Shown piece after piece: positions 30,315-41,442 of a stretch of 64,000 bases of DNA. The notes below the pieces were generated by a model. The model was not told the DNA's origin and did no database searches. It saw only the letters and a list, made by a program, of their open reading frames with translations. Source of the stretch: an uncultured delta proteobacterium (GTDB lineage: Bacteria; Myxococcota_A; Polyangia; Fen-1088); the NCBI GenBank assembly GCA_963767925.1, contig CAVYGB010000002.1:1248001-1312000 (forward strand), read 5' to 3'. Position 1 is the stretch's first letter. Each line of letters starts with the position of its first letter. The translations under genes and the position numbers were made by a program.

Positions 30315-31262
30315 CTTGCGCACCAGCTCGCTGAACAGCGGGGTCGACAGGTAGCGCTCGCCGCTGTCGGGCAGGACGGTGACGATGTAGCGCCCTTCGT
30401 TCTCCGGGCGGGCGGCCAGGGCCAGGGCCGCCGCCAGCGCGGCTCCGCTGGAGATGCCGCACAGGATGCCCTCCTCGCGGGCCAGGCGGCGGGCGCAGGT
30501 GAAGGTCTCGTCTTCGGTCACGGTGAGGACCTCGTCGATCACGCGGCGGTCGAGGATGGGGGGCACGAAGCCGGCCCCGATGCCCTGGATGAGGTGGTTG
30601 CCCACCGGGCCGCCGGAGAGCACCGCCGCCTTGGCCGGCTCGACCGCGACGATGCGCACGCCCGGCTTGCGGGCCTTGAGCACGTCGCCCACCCCGGTGA
30701 TGGTGCCGCCGGTGCCGACCCCCGCCACGAAGATGTCGACGGCGCCGCCGCTGTCGCGCCAGATCTCCTCGGCGGTCGTGCGGCGGTGCACCTCGGGGTT
30801 GGCCGGGTTGGTGAACTGCCCCAGGGTGACCGAGCCCGGGATCTCCTCGCGCAGCTTGTGGGCCCGGGCCACCGCGTCCCGCATCAGGGTCCCGGGGGTC
30901 GTGACCACCTCGGCCCCGAAGTAGCGCAGCAGCGCCGCCCGCTCGGTCGACATGCGCTCGGGCATGGTGACGATCAGCCGGTAGCCGCGGGCGGCCGCCA
31001 CGAACGCCAGGGCGATGCCGGTGTTGCCCGAGGAGGGCTCGATGATGGTCGCGCCCGGCAGCAGCTCGCCCCGGCGCTCGGCCTCGGTGATCATGGCGAT
31101 GCCGATGCGGTCCTTGACGCTGCCGCAGGGGTTGCGCGCCTCGAGCTTGCCGAACAGCCGCGCCCGCAGGCCGCGCCCCACCCGCGACAGCTCGACCAGC
31201 GGCGTCCCTCCGGCCGTGTCGACCACGCTGCTCAGCGTTTTTCCCGATTGGTTGTCGTCCAT
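30306..31262 (-). CDS. cysK: Cysteine synthase A
   Basis: [16 protein letters not shown] (PLP Lys), [47 protein letters not shown]. Confidence 0.96.
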   Translation of the reverse strand: MDDNQSGKTLSSVVDTAGGTPLVELSRVGRGLRARLFGKLEARNPCGSVKDRIGIAMITEAERRGELLPGATIIEPSSGNTGIALAFVAAARGYRLIVTMPERMSTERAALLRYFGAEVVTTPGTLMRDAVARAHKLREEIPGSVTLGQFTNPANPEVHRRTTAEEIWRDSGGAVDIFVAGVGTGGTITGVGDVLKARKPGVRIVAVEPAKAAVLSGGPVGNHLIQGIGAGFVPPILDRRVIDEVLTVTEDETFTCARRLAREEGILCGISSGAALAAALALAARPENEGRYIVTVLPDSGERYLSTPLFSELVRKGV

Positions 31263-31281
31263 GGTGACCTCGGCGCGTCGC

Positions 31282-32457
31282 TCAGATCGTGTAGTCGCCC
31301 AGGAAGATACGTGCCTCCTGCAGGTCGGCCAGCACCCGATCCCCTTCCCGGATGCTCAGGGCGTCGAGCTCGGCCTTGCTCAGCTCGACGTTCATGGTAC
31401 CGCCCTCGGGCAGGCGCAAGGTGACCTTTACGTAGGCTCCCACGAAGGCCAGCCGCTCGACCTGGGCCATCGACACCGGCTCGCGCTCGGGCTGCGGGTC
31501 GGGCGCCTTGCTCAGCTTCACCTCGTGGGGGCGGACGAAGGCCCGCAGCTCCGCGCCGTCGGAGGCGCCGGGCGGCGCGGCCATGGCTCCGGCCAGCGCG
31601 CCCACCGTGGTCCGGCCGTTTTCGACCCGCCCCTGCAGCAAATTGGCCCCGCCGACGAAGCGGGCCACGAAGGGGGAGACCGGGTGGTCGTAGATCGCGC
31701 TGGGGTCGCCGAGCTGCTCGACCCGCCCCTCGTTCATGACGACCAGGGTGTCGGCCAGCTCCATCGCTTCCTCTTGATCGTGGGTCACCAGCACGGTGGT
31801 GACCGGCGGATGTTCCGTGCTGCGCGCGCGCTCCTCGTGGAACCGGCGCAGCCAGGCCCGCAGCGAGACGCGCACCTGGGCGTCGAGGGCCCCGAACGGC
31901 TCGTCGAGCAGCAGCAGGCGCGGCTCGGTGGCCAGCGCCCGGGCGAACGCCACCCGCTGGCGCTGCCCGCCCGACAGCTCGCGGGGCATGCGCGCGCCCA
32001 GGCCCTCGAGCTCGACGGCGGCGAGCAGCTCGTCGATGCGGCGGTTCACCTCCGCCCGGGGCAGCTTGCGGATCTCCAGGCCGAAGGCGATGTTGCCCCG
32101 CACGTCGAGGTGGGGGAACAGGGCGTAGCTCTGGAAGACGAAGCCGACCCCCCGGCGCTGCGGCGGGACGTCGGTGCCGTCGACGCCCTGGATGAGGATG
32201 CGGCCGCTGTCGGGGTACTCGAGGCCGGCGATGAGGCGCAGCACGGTCGACTTGCCCGACCCCGATGGGCCCAGCAAGGTGGTGATGGTCCCCGGGCGGG
32301 CCAGGAACGAGACGCCGTCGACCGCGGGGGTGCCGGCGCGGGTGAACCGCTTGCACAGGCCGACCACCTCGAGGGCGGGGGCGCTGGCCGCGCGGGGGGC
32401 GCTGTCTGCCGTGTCGTCGCGCTTGCCCATGGTGCCTGGCTCCGCGGTGGCGGTCAC
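31282..32457 (-). CDS. cysA: Sulfate/thiosulfate ABC transporter ATPase with TOBE domain
   Basis: [66 protein letters not shown] start overlaps the cobA stop. Confidence 0.85.
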   Translation of the reverse strand: MTATAEPGTMGKRDDTADSAPRAASAPALEVVGLCKRFTRAGTPAVDGVSFLARPGTITTLLGPSGSGKSTVLRLIAGLEYPDSGRILIQGVDGTDVPPQRRGVGFVFQSYALFPHLDVRGNIAFGLEIRKLPRAEVNRRIDELLAAVELEGLGARMPRELSGGQRQRVAFARALATEPRLLLLDEPFGALDAQVRVSLRAWLRRFHEERARSTEHPPVTTVLVTHDQEEAMELADTLVVMNEGRVEQLGDPSAIYDHPVSPFVARFVGGANLLQGRVENGRTTVGALAGAMAAPPGASDGAELRAFVRPHEVKLSKAPDPQPEREPVSMAQVERLAFVGAYVKVTLRLPEGGTMNVELSKAELDALSIREGDRVLADLQEARIFLGDYTI

Positions 32458-33239
32458 CGAACGCCCTCCACCTGGAGGTCGGCCCCCTCGCTGGCCGCGA
32501 GCAAGGGGGAGAGCTGGGCCGCCAGGGAGACGACCTCGCCCACGACGACGAGCACGGGGAGGTTGGCGGCGAGGCGGTCGGGTGGCAAGCTGGCCGCCGC
32601 CAGGCCGGCGAGGGTCCCGACCCAGCGCCAGGCCTCGCGGGTGGAGGCGCCGGCGAGCAGGGCGGCGGGCGTCGCCGGGTCCAGGCCGCGCTCGAGCAAG
32701 CGGGCCGCGATGTCGGCGCGGGCGGCGTAACCCATGAGCACGACGAGGGTCACCCCCCGGGGCGGCAGGGAGGCCAGCACCGGCTGGTAGGCGGCGGGGG
32801 CGTGCCCGGAGGCCACCACGAACCCGGTGGCCATCCCCCGGTGGGTGACGGGGATGCCGGCCAGGGCCGGGCCGGCGACCGCCGAGGAGACCCCGGGGAT
32901 CACCTCGAAGGGGATGCCGGCGGCGGCGAGGGCCAGCGCCTCTTCCCCGCCCCGCCCCAGCACGAACGGGTCGCCGCCCTTGAGGCGGACCACGTCGTTG
33001 CCCCGGCGTGCCTCGCGCACCATGAGGCGGTTGATCGCCTCCTGGGTCATCGACTCGCGCCCCGCCCGCTTGCCCACGTAGAACCAGCGCGCCTCCGGCG
33101 CCAGCGGCCGGAAGTCCTGCGGCGCCAGGGCATCGAACAGCACCAGGTCCGCCTCCGCCAGCCGCCGCTGCGCCCGCACGGTCAACAGGTCCGGCGCCCC
33201 CGGCCCCGCCCCCACGAGCGAAACCCGCCCCGGCGTCAT
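32454..33239 (-). CDS. cobA: Uroporphyrinogen-III C-methyltransferase
   Basis: VSLVGAGPGAPDLLTVRA, VGKRAG, VVRLKGGDPFVLGRGGEE, IPGVSS, GIPVTHRG. Confidence 0.93.
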   Translation of the reverse strand: MTPGRVSLVGAGPGAPDLLTVRAQRRLAEADLVLFDALAPQDFRPLAPEARWFYVGKRAGRESMTQEAINRLMVREARRGNDVVRLKGGDPFVLGRGGEEALALAAAGIPFEVIPGVSSAVAGPALAGIPVTHRGMATGFVVASGHAPAAYQPVLASLPPRGVTLVVLMGYAARADIAARLLERGLDPATPAALLAGASTREAWRWVGTLAGLAAASLPPDRLAANLPVLVVVGEVVSLAAQLSPLLAASEGADLQVEGVR

Positions 33240-34301
33240 TTGCGCCCCCGCTCTCGCGGCTCGCGTGCGCCAGAAGGGTCAGATGCAGAGTCGGAGTCGG
33301 GGGGGCCAGCGTCCGGATCGAGCGCGCCCCCCTCACCCCATCCCTCTCCCCGCTCCCGCGGGGCGAGGGGGTCAGATCCAGATCCAGATCCAGGGGCGGA
33401 GGTGGAGCCGGTGGTCGGCTTGGGCGCTCCCGGTTTGCCCTCTCCCGCGGGAGCGGGAGAGGGGAAGGGTGAGGGCGGGGCGTAGAGGGCGTTGAGCGCC
33501 TCGAGCAGCAGGGGGCGGCGCGCGGGCATCGGGGTGCCGGCCGCGCGCCAGCGCAGCCGGGCCTCGCCGGCCGCCGCCGTCCAGCGATCCGAGATCCGCC
33601 GGCAGCAGCGCCTCGAGCCCCTCGCGCACCAGGGCGGCCAGCGCGGGCGCGGTGCCGCCGGTCGAGACCGCGATGGTGAGGGGACCGCGGCGGGCCACGC
33701 TACCGGCGAAGGCCGAGGCTGCCGGGGGATCGTCGGCGGCGTTCACGAAGATCCGCCGCGGCAGCGCCGCTGCCAGCACCGCCCGGTTGACCGCCGGCGT
33801 GGCCGCCGCCACCGCGAACCAGGCGCCGTCGAGGTCCTCGGGGAGGAAGCCCCGCTCGATCACCGTGGCGCCCGCCGCCCGCAGCTCGGGCCGCACCTGG
33901 GGCGCCACGATGGTGACCTCCGCCCCCGCCGCCACCAGGGTGGCGTGTTTGGCCAGCGCCACCGTCCCGCCGCCCACCAGCACCACCTTGCGCCCCTCCA
34001 GCCGCAGAAACGTGGGGAACAGCGGCTCGGTCTGCGCCGCGCCTGCCGGCAGCGGCCCGGACGCCTCGCCACCCCCGGATGCGCCCGCCGGACTGGCATC
34101 GTTCGACGGCACGGGCGCCGGCAGCGGCCCCGCCGCCTCGCCACCGGCCTCGAACGGGCCCGCCGGACTGGCATCGTTCGACGGCACGGGCGCCGGCAGC
34201 GGCCCCGCCGCCTCGCCACCGGCCTCGAACGGGCCCACCGGACCGGCGTCGTTCGACGGCGCGGGCGCAGGCGAGAGGGGAGACCGGCGCTGAGGCGTCA
34301 T
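33236..34301 (-). CDS. Precorrin-2 dehydrogenase/sirohydrochlorin ferrochelatase (CysG-B/SirC-Met8-like); frameshift near 33590; low-complexity extensions at both ends
   Basis: [46 protein letters not shown]-coupled to proA and cobA. Confidence 0.85.
33329..33475. repeat. REP-like inverted pair inside the cysG-like coding tail
   Basis: CCCCTCACCCCATCCCTCTCCCCGC...GGGGCGAGGGG (33329-33370) and inverted CCCTCTCCCGC...GGGAGAGGGGAAGGGTGAGGG (33438-33475), related to the MITE arms. Confidence 0.7.
34045..34268. repeat. 75-bp coding tandem repeat (about 3 copies)
   Basis: Units start at 34083 and 34158; encode [25 protein letters not shown] on the minus strand. Confidence 0.9.
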
Positions 34302-35638
34302 GGCAGGTCGCGGTGGGTGAAGGGGCGGCCGCCGGGGCCGTAGTCGGCGGTGGCCTGGCCGTCGCCGCTGAGCAGCCAGCGGTAGGTGAGCAGGCCCTCG
34401 ACCCCGACCGGGCCGCGGGCGTGCAGCTTGTCGGTGCTGATCCCCACCTCGGCCCCCAGACCGAAGCGGTAACCGTCGGAGAACCGGGTGCTGGCGTTGT
34501 GGAACACGCAGGCCCCGTCGACCTCGTCGAGGAAGCGGCGGGCCGACCCGGCCTCCTCGGTGACGATGGCGTCGGTGTGGCGCGAGCCATGGCGGGCGAT
34601 GTGCGCGAGCGCCCCGTCTAGCCCCGCGACCTTCTTGATCGACAGGACGAGCTCCCCGTATTCGGTGTCCCAGTCGGCGTCGGTCGCCGCCAGCAACCCC
34701 GGGTGGCGGTTGCGGGTCTCGGCGCAGGCCCGCAGCTCCACCCCCCGGGCGGCCAGCGCCGCCACGCAGGCGTCGAGGGCCGGGCCGGCCGCCTCGGTCC
34801 ACAGCAGCGTCTCGACCGCGTTGCAAGCCGCCGGGTAGCTGCACTTGGCGTCGACCGCGATGCGGGCGGCCTTCTCCGGGTGGGCGCCGTCGTGCAGGTA
34901 GACGTGGCAGATGCCGTCGGCGTGGGCCATCACCGGGATCTTGCTGGCCCCCCGGACGTGGCGGATGAACCCCGACGAGCCGCGGGCGATGATCATGTCG
35001 ACCACGTCGTGCAGCCCCAGCAGGGCGTCGACCTCGGCCCGCTCCTCGAGCAGCACCAGCGCGCCCGGATCGACGCCCGCCGCCGCCAGCACCTCCTGGG
35101 CCACCCGGTGCAGCGCCCGGTTGCTGGCCCGCGCCTCGCGCCCGCCCTTGAGCACGGCCGCGTTCCCGCTCTTCCAGGCCAGCCCGGTGATCTGCACCAT
35201 CGCGTCCGGCCGGGCCTCGAACACGACCCCCAGCACGCCCAGCGGGCAGGACACCCGCTCGAGCACCAGAGCGCGGTCGAGCTCCCGGTGGGTGAGGCGC
35301 TGCCCCACGAGATCCGGCATGGCGGCGAGCTGGCGCAGGCCATCGATCACGCCGGCGAGCTTCTTGCCGTCGAGCCCCAGCCGGTTGACCAGCGCGGGGG
35401 CCAGCGTCCCCGCGGCCTCCTCCTGCCGCGCGCGCGCCAGGTCCTCGGCGTTGGCCGCCAGCACCACCTCCTGCACGGCCGGTCGCGCCAGCGCCGCCGC
35501 CAGGCCCTCGAGCAACCGCGCACGGACGTTACCCCCGGCGGGCCCACCGCCCGGGCCCGACCCGCCGGCGCGCAGCGCCCGCGCCGCCGTCCGGGCCGCG
35601 ATCACCTGATCGCGAAGGTCTGACCCGCTCGCGCCCAT
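34298..35638 (-). CDS. proA: Gamma-glutamyl phosphate reductase
   Basis: [86 protein letters not shown]. Confidence 0.96.
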   Translation of the reverse strand: MGASGSDLRDQVIAARTAARALRAGGSGPGGGPAGGNVRARLLEGLAAALARPAVQEVVLAANAEDLARARQEEAAGTLAPALVNRLGLDGKKLAGVIDGLRQLAAMPDLVGQRLTHRELDRALVLERVSCPLGVLGVVFEARPDAMVQITGLAWKSGNAAVLKGGREARASNRALHRVAQEVLAAAGVDPGALVLLEERAEVDALLGLHDVVDMIIARGSSGFIRHVRGASKIPVMAHADGICHVYLHDGAHPEKAARIAVDAKCSYPAACNAVETLLWTEAAGPALDACVAALAARGVELRACAETRNRHPGLLAATDADWDTEYGELVLSIKKVAGLDGALAHIARHGSRHTDAIVTEEAGSARRFLDEVDGACVFHNASTRFSDGYRFGLGAEVGISTDKLHARGPVGVEGLLTYRWLLSGDGQATADYGPGGRPFTHRDLP

Positions 35639-36706
35639 CAGGCCCTCGAGCGCGACCTTCCGGCCGTCTCGGCGATGATCGCCAGCGCGCGCTCGCAGTC
35701 GGCCCGGCTGACGTCCAGGTGGGTGACGAGGCGGAGGCGGCGCGCGCCGGTGGCCAGGCAGAGGACGCCCCGCTCGCGCAGCGCCGCCGACAGGGTCTCC
35801 GCCGGCGCCATGTTCGGGGCCAGCTCGATCAGCACCATGTTGGTCGTCACGCGCGAAAGGTCGACCTGCAGCCCCTCGACCGCCGCCAGCCGCTCGCCCA
35901 GCAGGCGGGCGTTGGCGTGGTCCTCGGCCAGCCGCTCGACGTTGTTGTCGAGGGCGTAGAGCGCCGCCGCCGCCAGCACCCCCGCCTGGCGCATGGCCCC
36001 GCCCATCATCTTGCGGAAGCGGTGGGCCTTGTAGCGAAGCGGCTTGCTGCCGGCGAGCACCGATCCGACCGGCGCGCCCAGCCCCTTGGAGAAGCAGAGG
36101 CTCGCGGTGTCGAAGGGAGCCGCCAGCTCCGCCGCCTTGACGCCCCGTCGCCACCGCGGCGTTGAGCAGGCGGGCGCCGTCGAGGTGCAGGGCCAGCCCC
36201 TGGGCCCGGGCGAACGCCGCCACGCCGGCCACGTCCTCCTGGCGCCAGACCACGCCGCCGCCCCGGTTGTGCGTGTTCTCCACGCAGACCAGGCGGGTCG
36301 GGGCCAGGCTGTGGTTGCGCTCGGGCTTGAACGCCTCCTCGACGTCGGCCGCCGTGAAGGTCCCCCCCTGCCCGGCCACCGCGAACTGCACCCCGGCGAT
36401 CGCGCCGGCCGCGCCCGCCTCGTAAAAGTAGTTGTGCGACCCCTCGCCGATCACGACCTCGTCGCCGGGCTGGCAGTGCACCTTGAGGGCGATCTGGTTG
36501 GCCATGCTGCCGGAGGGGACGAACAGCGCCGCCTCCTTGCCCAGCAGCGCCGCCGCCCGCTCCTCGAGCAAGTTGATGGTGGGGTCCTCGCCGAACACGT
36601 CGTCGCCGACCTCGGCCGCGGCCATCGCCTGGCGCATGCCCGCCGACGGCTTGGTGACCGTGTCGCTGCGGAGATCGATGAAGGCGGGCGAAGGGCGTGT
36701 CGACAT
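35638..36706 (-). CDS. ltaE: Low-specificity L-threonine aldolase (frameshift near 36145)
   Basis: [52 protein letters not shown]; then [26 protein letters not shown]. Confidence 0.92.
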
Positions 36707-37874
36707 CAGAGTGCTCCCATGACGAGGTTGTCTCGCGTCACCACCGCATCGTACCCCCGGTAACCGAGCAGGGCATCGATCTCGTCGCTCTGGTGGCCGC
36801 ACAGCTTGCGGCACGCGTCGGCGTCGTAGTTGACCAGCCCCCGCCCGTGCACCCGCCCGCTGCCGTCGCGGATCTCGACGACGTCCCCCTTCTCGAAGGC
36901 CCCCTCGACCCCCACCACGCCGACCGGCAGCAACGACGCCTTGCGGTCGCTCAGCGCGCGCAGGGCCCCCTCGTTGACCACCAGCGCCCCCTGCTGACGC
37001 CGGCCGACCGCGATGTGGCGCAAGCGCTGCGGCCGCCGCTCGGGCGTGTGCACGAAGGTCCCGACGTCCTCGCCGGCCAGCACCCGGTCGAGGATGTCCG
37101 GGACGGTGCCGTTGGCGATGACGGCGGCCGTGCCCTCGGAGGTGGCCAGGCGCGCCGCCTCGAGCTTGGAGGCCATGCCGCCCAGGCCGCCGGCGTTGGC
37201 CCCCAGGGCCCGGGCCATGGTCGACTCGTCGATGGCCCCGAGAGCTCGCTGACCCGGCTGGCGGTCGGGTCTACGCTGGGGCTGGCGGTGAAGAACCCGT
37301 CGACGTTGGTCAGCAGCACCAGCAGATCCGCGTCGAGCGCCACCGCCACCAGCGCCGACAGCCCGTCGTTGTCGCCGAAGACCGGCACCGCGCTCGAGGG
37401 GCTGCCGTTCTTGAGCTGGTGCTCGACCAGCTCGCGCACGCTGACGCTGTCGTTCTCGTTGAGGATCGGCACGGTGCCGAGCTCGAGCAGGCGCATCAGG
37501 GTCGTGCGCACGCACAGGGCCCGGTCGCGGTCGCCGAGGTCCTCCTGGGTCAGCAGCACCTGGGCCGCCGTCACCCCCCGCTGCGAGAAGGCCCCCGTGT
37601 AGACGTGCATGAGGTGCCCCTGCCCCACCGCCGCGCAGGCCTGGCGCAGGCCGAGCGAGCGCGGCCGCTCCTTGAGCCCCAGCGCCCGCATCCCCATGCC
37701 GACCGCCCCGCTCGAGACCAGCAGCACCTCCCGCCCCTCGCGCCGCAGGCGGGCCAGGCTGTCGACGAGCCCCATCAGCCGGTCGACCGCGAGGGTCACG
37801 CCGTCACCCATGACGACGTGGGTGCCGAGCTTGACGACGATCCGATGCGCCTGGGCGAGTGAGGCGCGATCCAT
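36706..37874 (-). CDS. proB: Glutamate 5-kinase with PUA domain (frameshift near 37240)
   Basis: [65 protein letters not shown] domain. Confidence 0.94.
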
Positions 37875-38123
37875 GGGCGTTCCGGGGAAAAGCGAGCGCG
37901 GAATCTACTATAGAAAGCCGCCCACCGACCCCGCCCGCCGCGCTGCAGTCGGCGCCGAAACGCGGGCGGAAGGCGTGACCCCCTCGGGCCGGGCTCCCGG
38001 AAGGGGAAGAACCCCGGGGGAGGCGGGCGGACGCTGCAACGCGCCCCGACGGGGCCGTCGACGAACGAGGGGCGGGCCCATCCTCCAGCGCGCCCCGCCG
38101 AAACGCTGTAGCTTCCCGACGTC

Positions 38124-39165
38124 ATGACCCCGCCCTCCCTGCGCGCCTACGTGGGCCACGCCAACCCCGACGGCGACCTGCTCGTCTTCGCCTACGATCC
38201 CGCCAGCGCCGCGCTGACCCCGGTCGACCGGGTGGCCAGCGGCTCGTCGAGCTCGTTCCTCACCGTCGATCCGACCCGCCGGTTCCTGTACGCCACCCAG
38301 AACCGCAGCGAGCAGATCTCCGCCTTCGCCCTCGACCCCGGCAGCGGCAGCCTCGCCCTGCTCGGCCGCGTCCCGGTGCCGCCCGGTCCCGGGTCCAGCG
38401 AGGTGGGGCCGAGCTACCTGAAGGTCGCGGGCAGCGGGCGTTACCTCCTGTGCGCCAACTACCGGGGCCACAGCAGCGTTGTGTTCGCGCGCGCCGCCGA
38501 CGGCCAGCTCGGCCCCCTGCTGCAGAGCCTGTCGGCGGGCAAACACGCCCACGCCATCTTGCTGTCGCCCGACGACCGCTTCGCCTTCGTCCCTTACCTC
38601 GGCTCGGACAAGGTGGCGCAATACCGCTTCGATGGCGGAAGCGGCGCTGCTGCACCCCAACGACCCACCCGCGGTCGAGACGCCGGCCGGCGCCGGCCCC
38701 CGCCACCTGACCTTTGCCCCCGACGGCCGGCGCGTCTACCTGGTCAACGAGCTCGACGCCAGCGTGATGGCCTTCGACTACCACCCCGAGCGCGGCACCT
38801 TGACCGCCCGCCAGCGCATCGACTCGCTGCCCGGCTACAGCGGCCGCCGCTGGGCCGCCGACATCCACGTTCACCCCTCGGGCCGCTTCCTCTACGTCTC
38901 GAACCGGGCCCACGACAGCGTGGCGGTGTTCCGCATCGACCCCGGCACCGGCGCGCTGACCCTCGCCGGCAACCCGGGCAGCGGCGGCCGCTCGCCGCGC
39001 AACTTTTGCCTCGCTCCGGACGGCCGCTTCCTGGTCGTCGCCAACCAGGACTCGGGCACCCTGGTGACCTTCGCCGTCGACGCGGACAGCGGCCTCCTGC
39101 GCCAGGTCGCCGAGCGCGCCGTAGCACCCTCTCCTACCTTTATAACTATCGTCGCGGTGCCCTGA
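38124..39165 (+). CDS. Lactonase family 7-bladed beta-propeller (6-phosphogluconolactonase Pgl-like); frameshift near 38640
   Basis: ANY, HAHAILLSPD, GAGPRHLTF, YLVNELD, AADIHVHPSGRFLYVSNR, PRNF, VANQDS. Confidence 0.88.
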
Positions 39166-39247
39166 CCGCTGCCAGGCGGTTTCCGGGGCGAAACGGCCCG
39201 GTGGGTGCCGCGCCGGCCCCGGGGATTCGTGGGATAACTCCCGCCCC

Positions 39248-40068
39248 ATGTTCGAAGGGAACAAGACGCTGGCTGTCATCGGCTGCGGCACGATGGGCGA
39301 AGCCATCGTGCGAGGCCTCTTCCGCTCCGGGAAGATGCTGCCCGGCCAGGTGTTCGCCAGCGATCGCCGCGACCGAGCTGGTCCGCGAGCTGACCACCCG
39401 CCACAAGATCCGCGCCACCGTCGACAACATCGAGGCCGCCCGCGCCGCCGACGCTGCCCTTGTCTGTCTCAAGCCGCAGCACATGGCCGCCGCCCTCGAC
39501 AGCGAGCCGATGCGCGACGCCCTGGCCGGCAAGCTGGTTGTCAGCATCGCCGCCGGCGTGCGCATCGGCGCAGCTGCAGGTCTGGCTGCCGAAGAGCGCC
39601 ATCATCCGGGCCATGCCGAACACCCCCGCCGTGATCGGCGAGGGCATGACGATCATCTCGCGCGGCACCGGCGTCACCGACGCCCAGGCCCGCGTCGCCG
39701 AGGAGATCTTCTGCGCGGTCGGACGCTGCTCCGAGCTCGACGAGAGCAACCTCGACGTCATCACCGCCCTCAACGGGTCGGGCCCCGCCTTCGCCTACCT
39801 GGTGCTCGAGGCGCTGGCCGACGGCGCCGTCATGATGGGCCTGCGCCGGGACATCGCCTTCACCGTCGCCGCCCAGATGTTGCAAGGGGCCGCCCGCATG
39901 GTGCTCGAGAGCGGCCTGCACCCTGCGGCCCTCAAGGACCAGGTGACGACCCCCGCCGGCTGCACCATCGCCGGCCTCCTGACTCTGGAAGACGGCCGCA
40001 TCCGTTCGGTGCTCGCGCGCGCCGTCGAGGAGGCCACCCGGGTCGCCGGGCGCCTCGGCCAGAGCTGA
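39248..40068 (+). CDS. proC: Pyrroline-5-carboxylate reductase (frameshifts near 39365 and 39570)
   Basis: IGCGTMGEAI, LKPQ, VSIAAGV, IRAMPNTP, TALNGSGPAF, HPAALKDQVTTPAGCTIAG. Confidence 0.93.
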
Positions 40069-40091
40069 CAATCCGGAGGACCCCCAACATC

Positions 40092-41318
40092 TTGGCATCC
40101 CCTACGTCTCCTGGCGTTCGTGTTCCCATGACCCGTCCCCAGCTCGGCCGCGCCGAGGCCGACGCCGTCGCCCGCGTCGTGCGCTCCCGCTGGGTCATGC
40201 AGGGCCCCGAGGTCGCGGCCTTCGAGAACGAGCTGGCCGCCACCGTCGGCGCCGCGCACGCCGTCGCCGTCTCGAGCGGCACCGCCGCCCTCGAGCTGGC
40301 CCTGCGCGCGCTCGGCATCGGCACCGGTGACGAGGTGGTCACCGTCAGCCACAGCTTCATCGCCACCGCCAACGTGGTGCTCGCGGTGGGCGCCCGCCCC
40401 GTCTTCGTCGACGTCGAGCGCGACACCTTCGGCATGGATCCCACCCTGGTCGAGGCGGCCATCGGCCCCCGCTGCAAGGCCATCCTCTCCGTGCACCAGC
40501 TCGGCTTCCCCTGCGATCTGGCCGAGCTGCTCGCCATCGCCACCCGCCACGGCCTGCCCCTGATCGAGGACGCCGCCTGCGCCCTGGGCAGCGAGATCCT
40601 GCTCGAGGATCGCTGGGACCGCATCGGCCGCCCCCACGGCCGGCTGGCCTGTTTCTCCTTTCACCCGCGCAAGATCATCACCACCGGCGACGGCGGCATG
40701 ATCACCACCGGCGACGGCGCCCTGGCCGCCCGGCTGCGCTCGCTGCGCCAGCACGCCATGAACGTCACGCTGGCCGAGCGCGAGCGCAACCCGCTCGCCC
40801 GCGAGAGCTACGACGAGCCGGCCTACAACTTCCGCATGACCGACCTGCAGGCTGCCATCGGCCGCCCCCAGCTCGCCCGGCTCGACGCCTTCATGGCCGA
40901 GCGGCGCCGGCTGGCGGCCGCCTTCTCGCTCGCCCTCGAGGACCACCCGGTGCTCGCGCCCGGTCGTCGATCGCCCCGGCTCGCGCACCAACTGGCAGAG
41001 CTTCCCCACCCTCCTGCGCGCCGGCGTCGAGATGACCCAGGACCAGGTGCTGCAGTTCCTGCTCGACCGCGGGCATCGCCGGCCGGCGCGGGCCTCACCA
41101 ACGCCCATCAGGAGCCGGCCTACGCCGGCCGGGACAACTGGCGGGGCGGGCCGCTTCCGGTGTCGGAGTACCTGCGCGAGAACACCGTCATGTTGCCGCT
41201 GTTCCAGGGCATGACGAAGGAAGAGGAGCGCCTGGTGCGCGAGGCCATCGAGGACCTGCGCGACCCCGCCGCCCGCGCCCCCTACCGCGCCGCCCCCCAG
41301 GCCGTCCCCGCGCTGTAG
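40092..41318 (+). CDS. DegT/DnrJ/EryC1/StrS sugar aminotransferase (compensating frameshifts near 40960-41080)
   Basis: QGPEVAAFE, SSGTAAL, SFIATAN, IEDAACALG, FSFHPRKIITTGDGGM (PLP Lys), YNFRMTDLQAAIG; start TTG 40092 or ATG 40128. Confidence 0.92.
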   Translation: MASPTSPGVRVPMTRPQLGRAEADAVARVVRSRWVMQGPEVAAFENELAATVGAAHAVAVSSGTAALELALRALGIGTGDEVVTVSHSFIATANVVLAVGARPVFVDVERDTFGMDPTLVEAAIGPRCKAILSVHQLGFPCDLAELLAIATRHGLPLIEDAACALGSEILLEDRWDRIGRPHGRLACFSFHPRKIITTGDGGMITTGDGALAARLRSLRQHAMNVTLAERERNPLARESYDEPAYNFRMTDLQAAIGRPQLARLDAFMAERRRLAAAFSLALEDHPVLAPGRRSPRLAHQLAELPHPPARRRRDDPGPGAAVPARPRASPAGAGLTNAHQEPAYAGRDNWRGGPLPVSEYLRENTVMLPLFQGMTKEEERLVREAIEDLRDPAARAPYRAAPQAVPAL

Positions 41319-41442
41319 GAACGCCCGCCCGGCGGGTGTGCGGTGGCTTACCGGGTAGTCAGCGACAACCACCGGTAGGTGGCGCGCCACGCCTGCATTT
41401 TCAGCTTTTCCGTTTCCCTCCGACGGCTGTGTCTGGATAGGC

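Noticed and set aside
34298..41318. Apparent fusions LtaE-ProA (838 aa) and lactonase-ProC-DegT (1064 aa)
   Set aside because: Created by frameshifts joining adjacent genes; each gene has its own start and stop in another frame.
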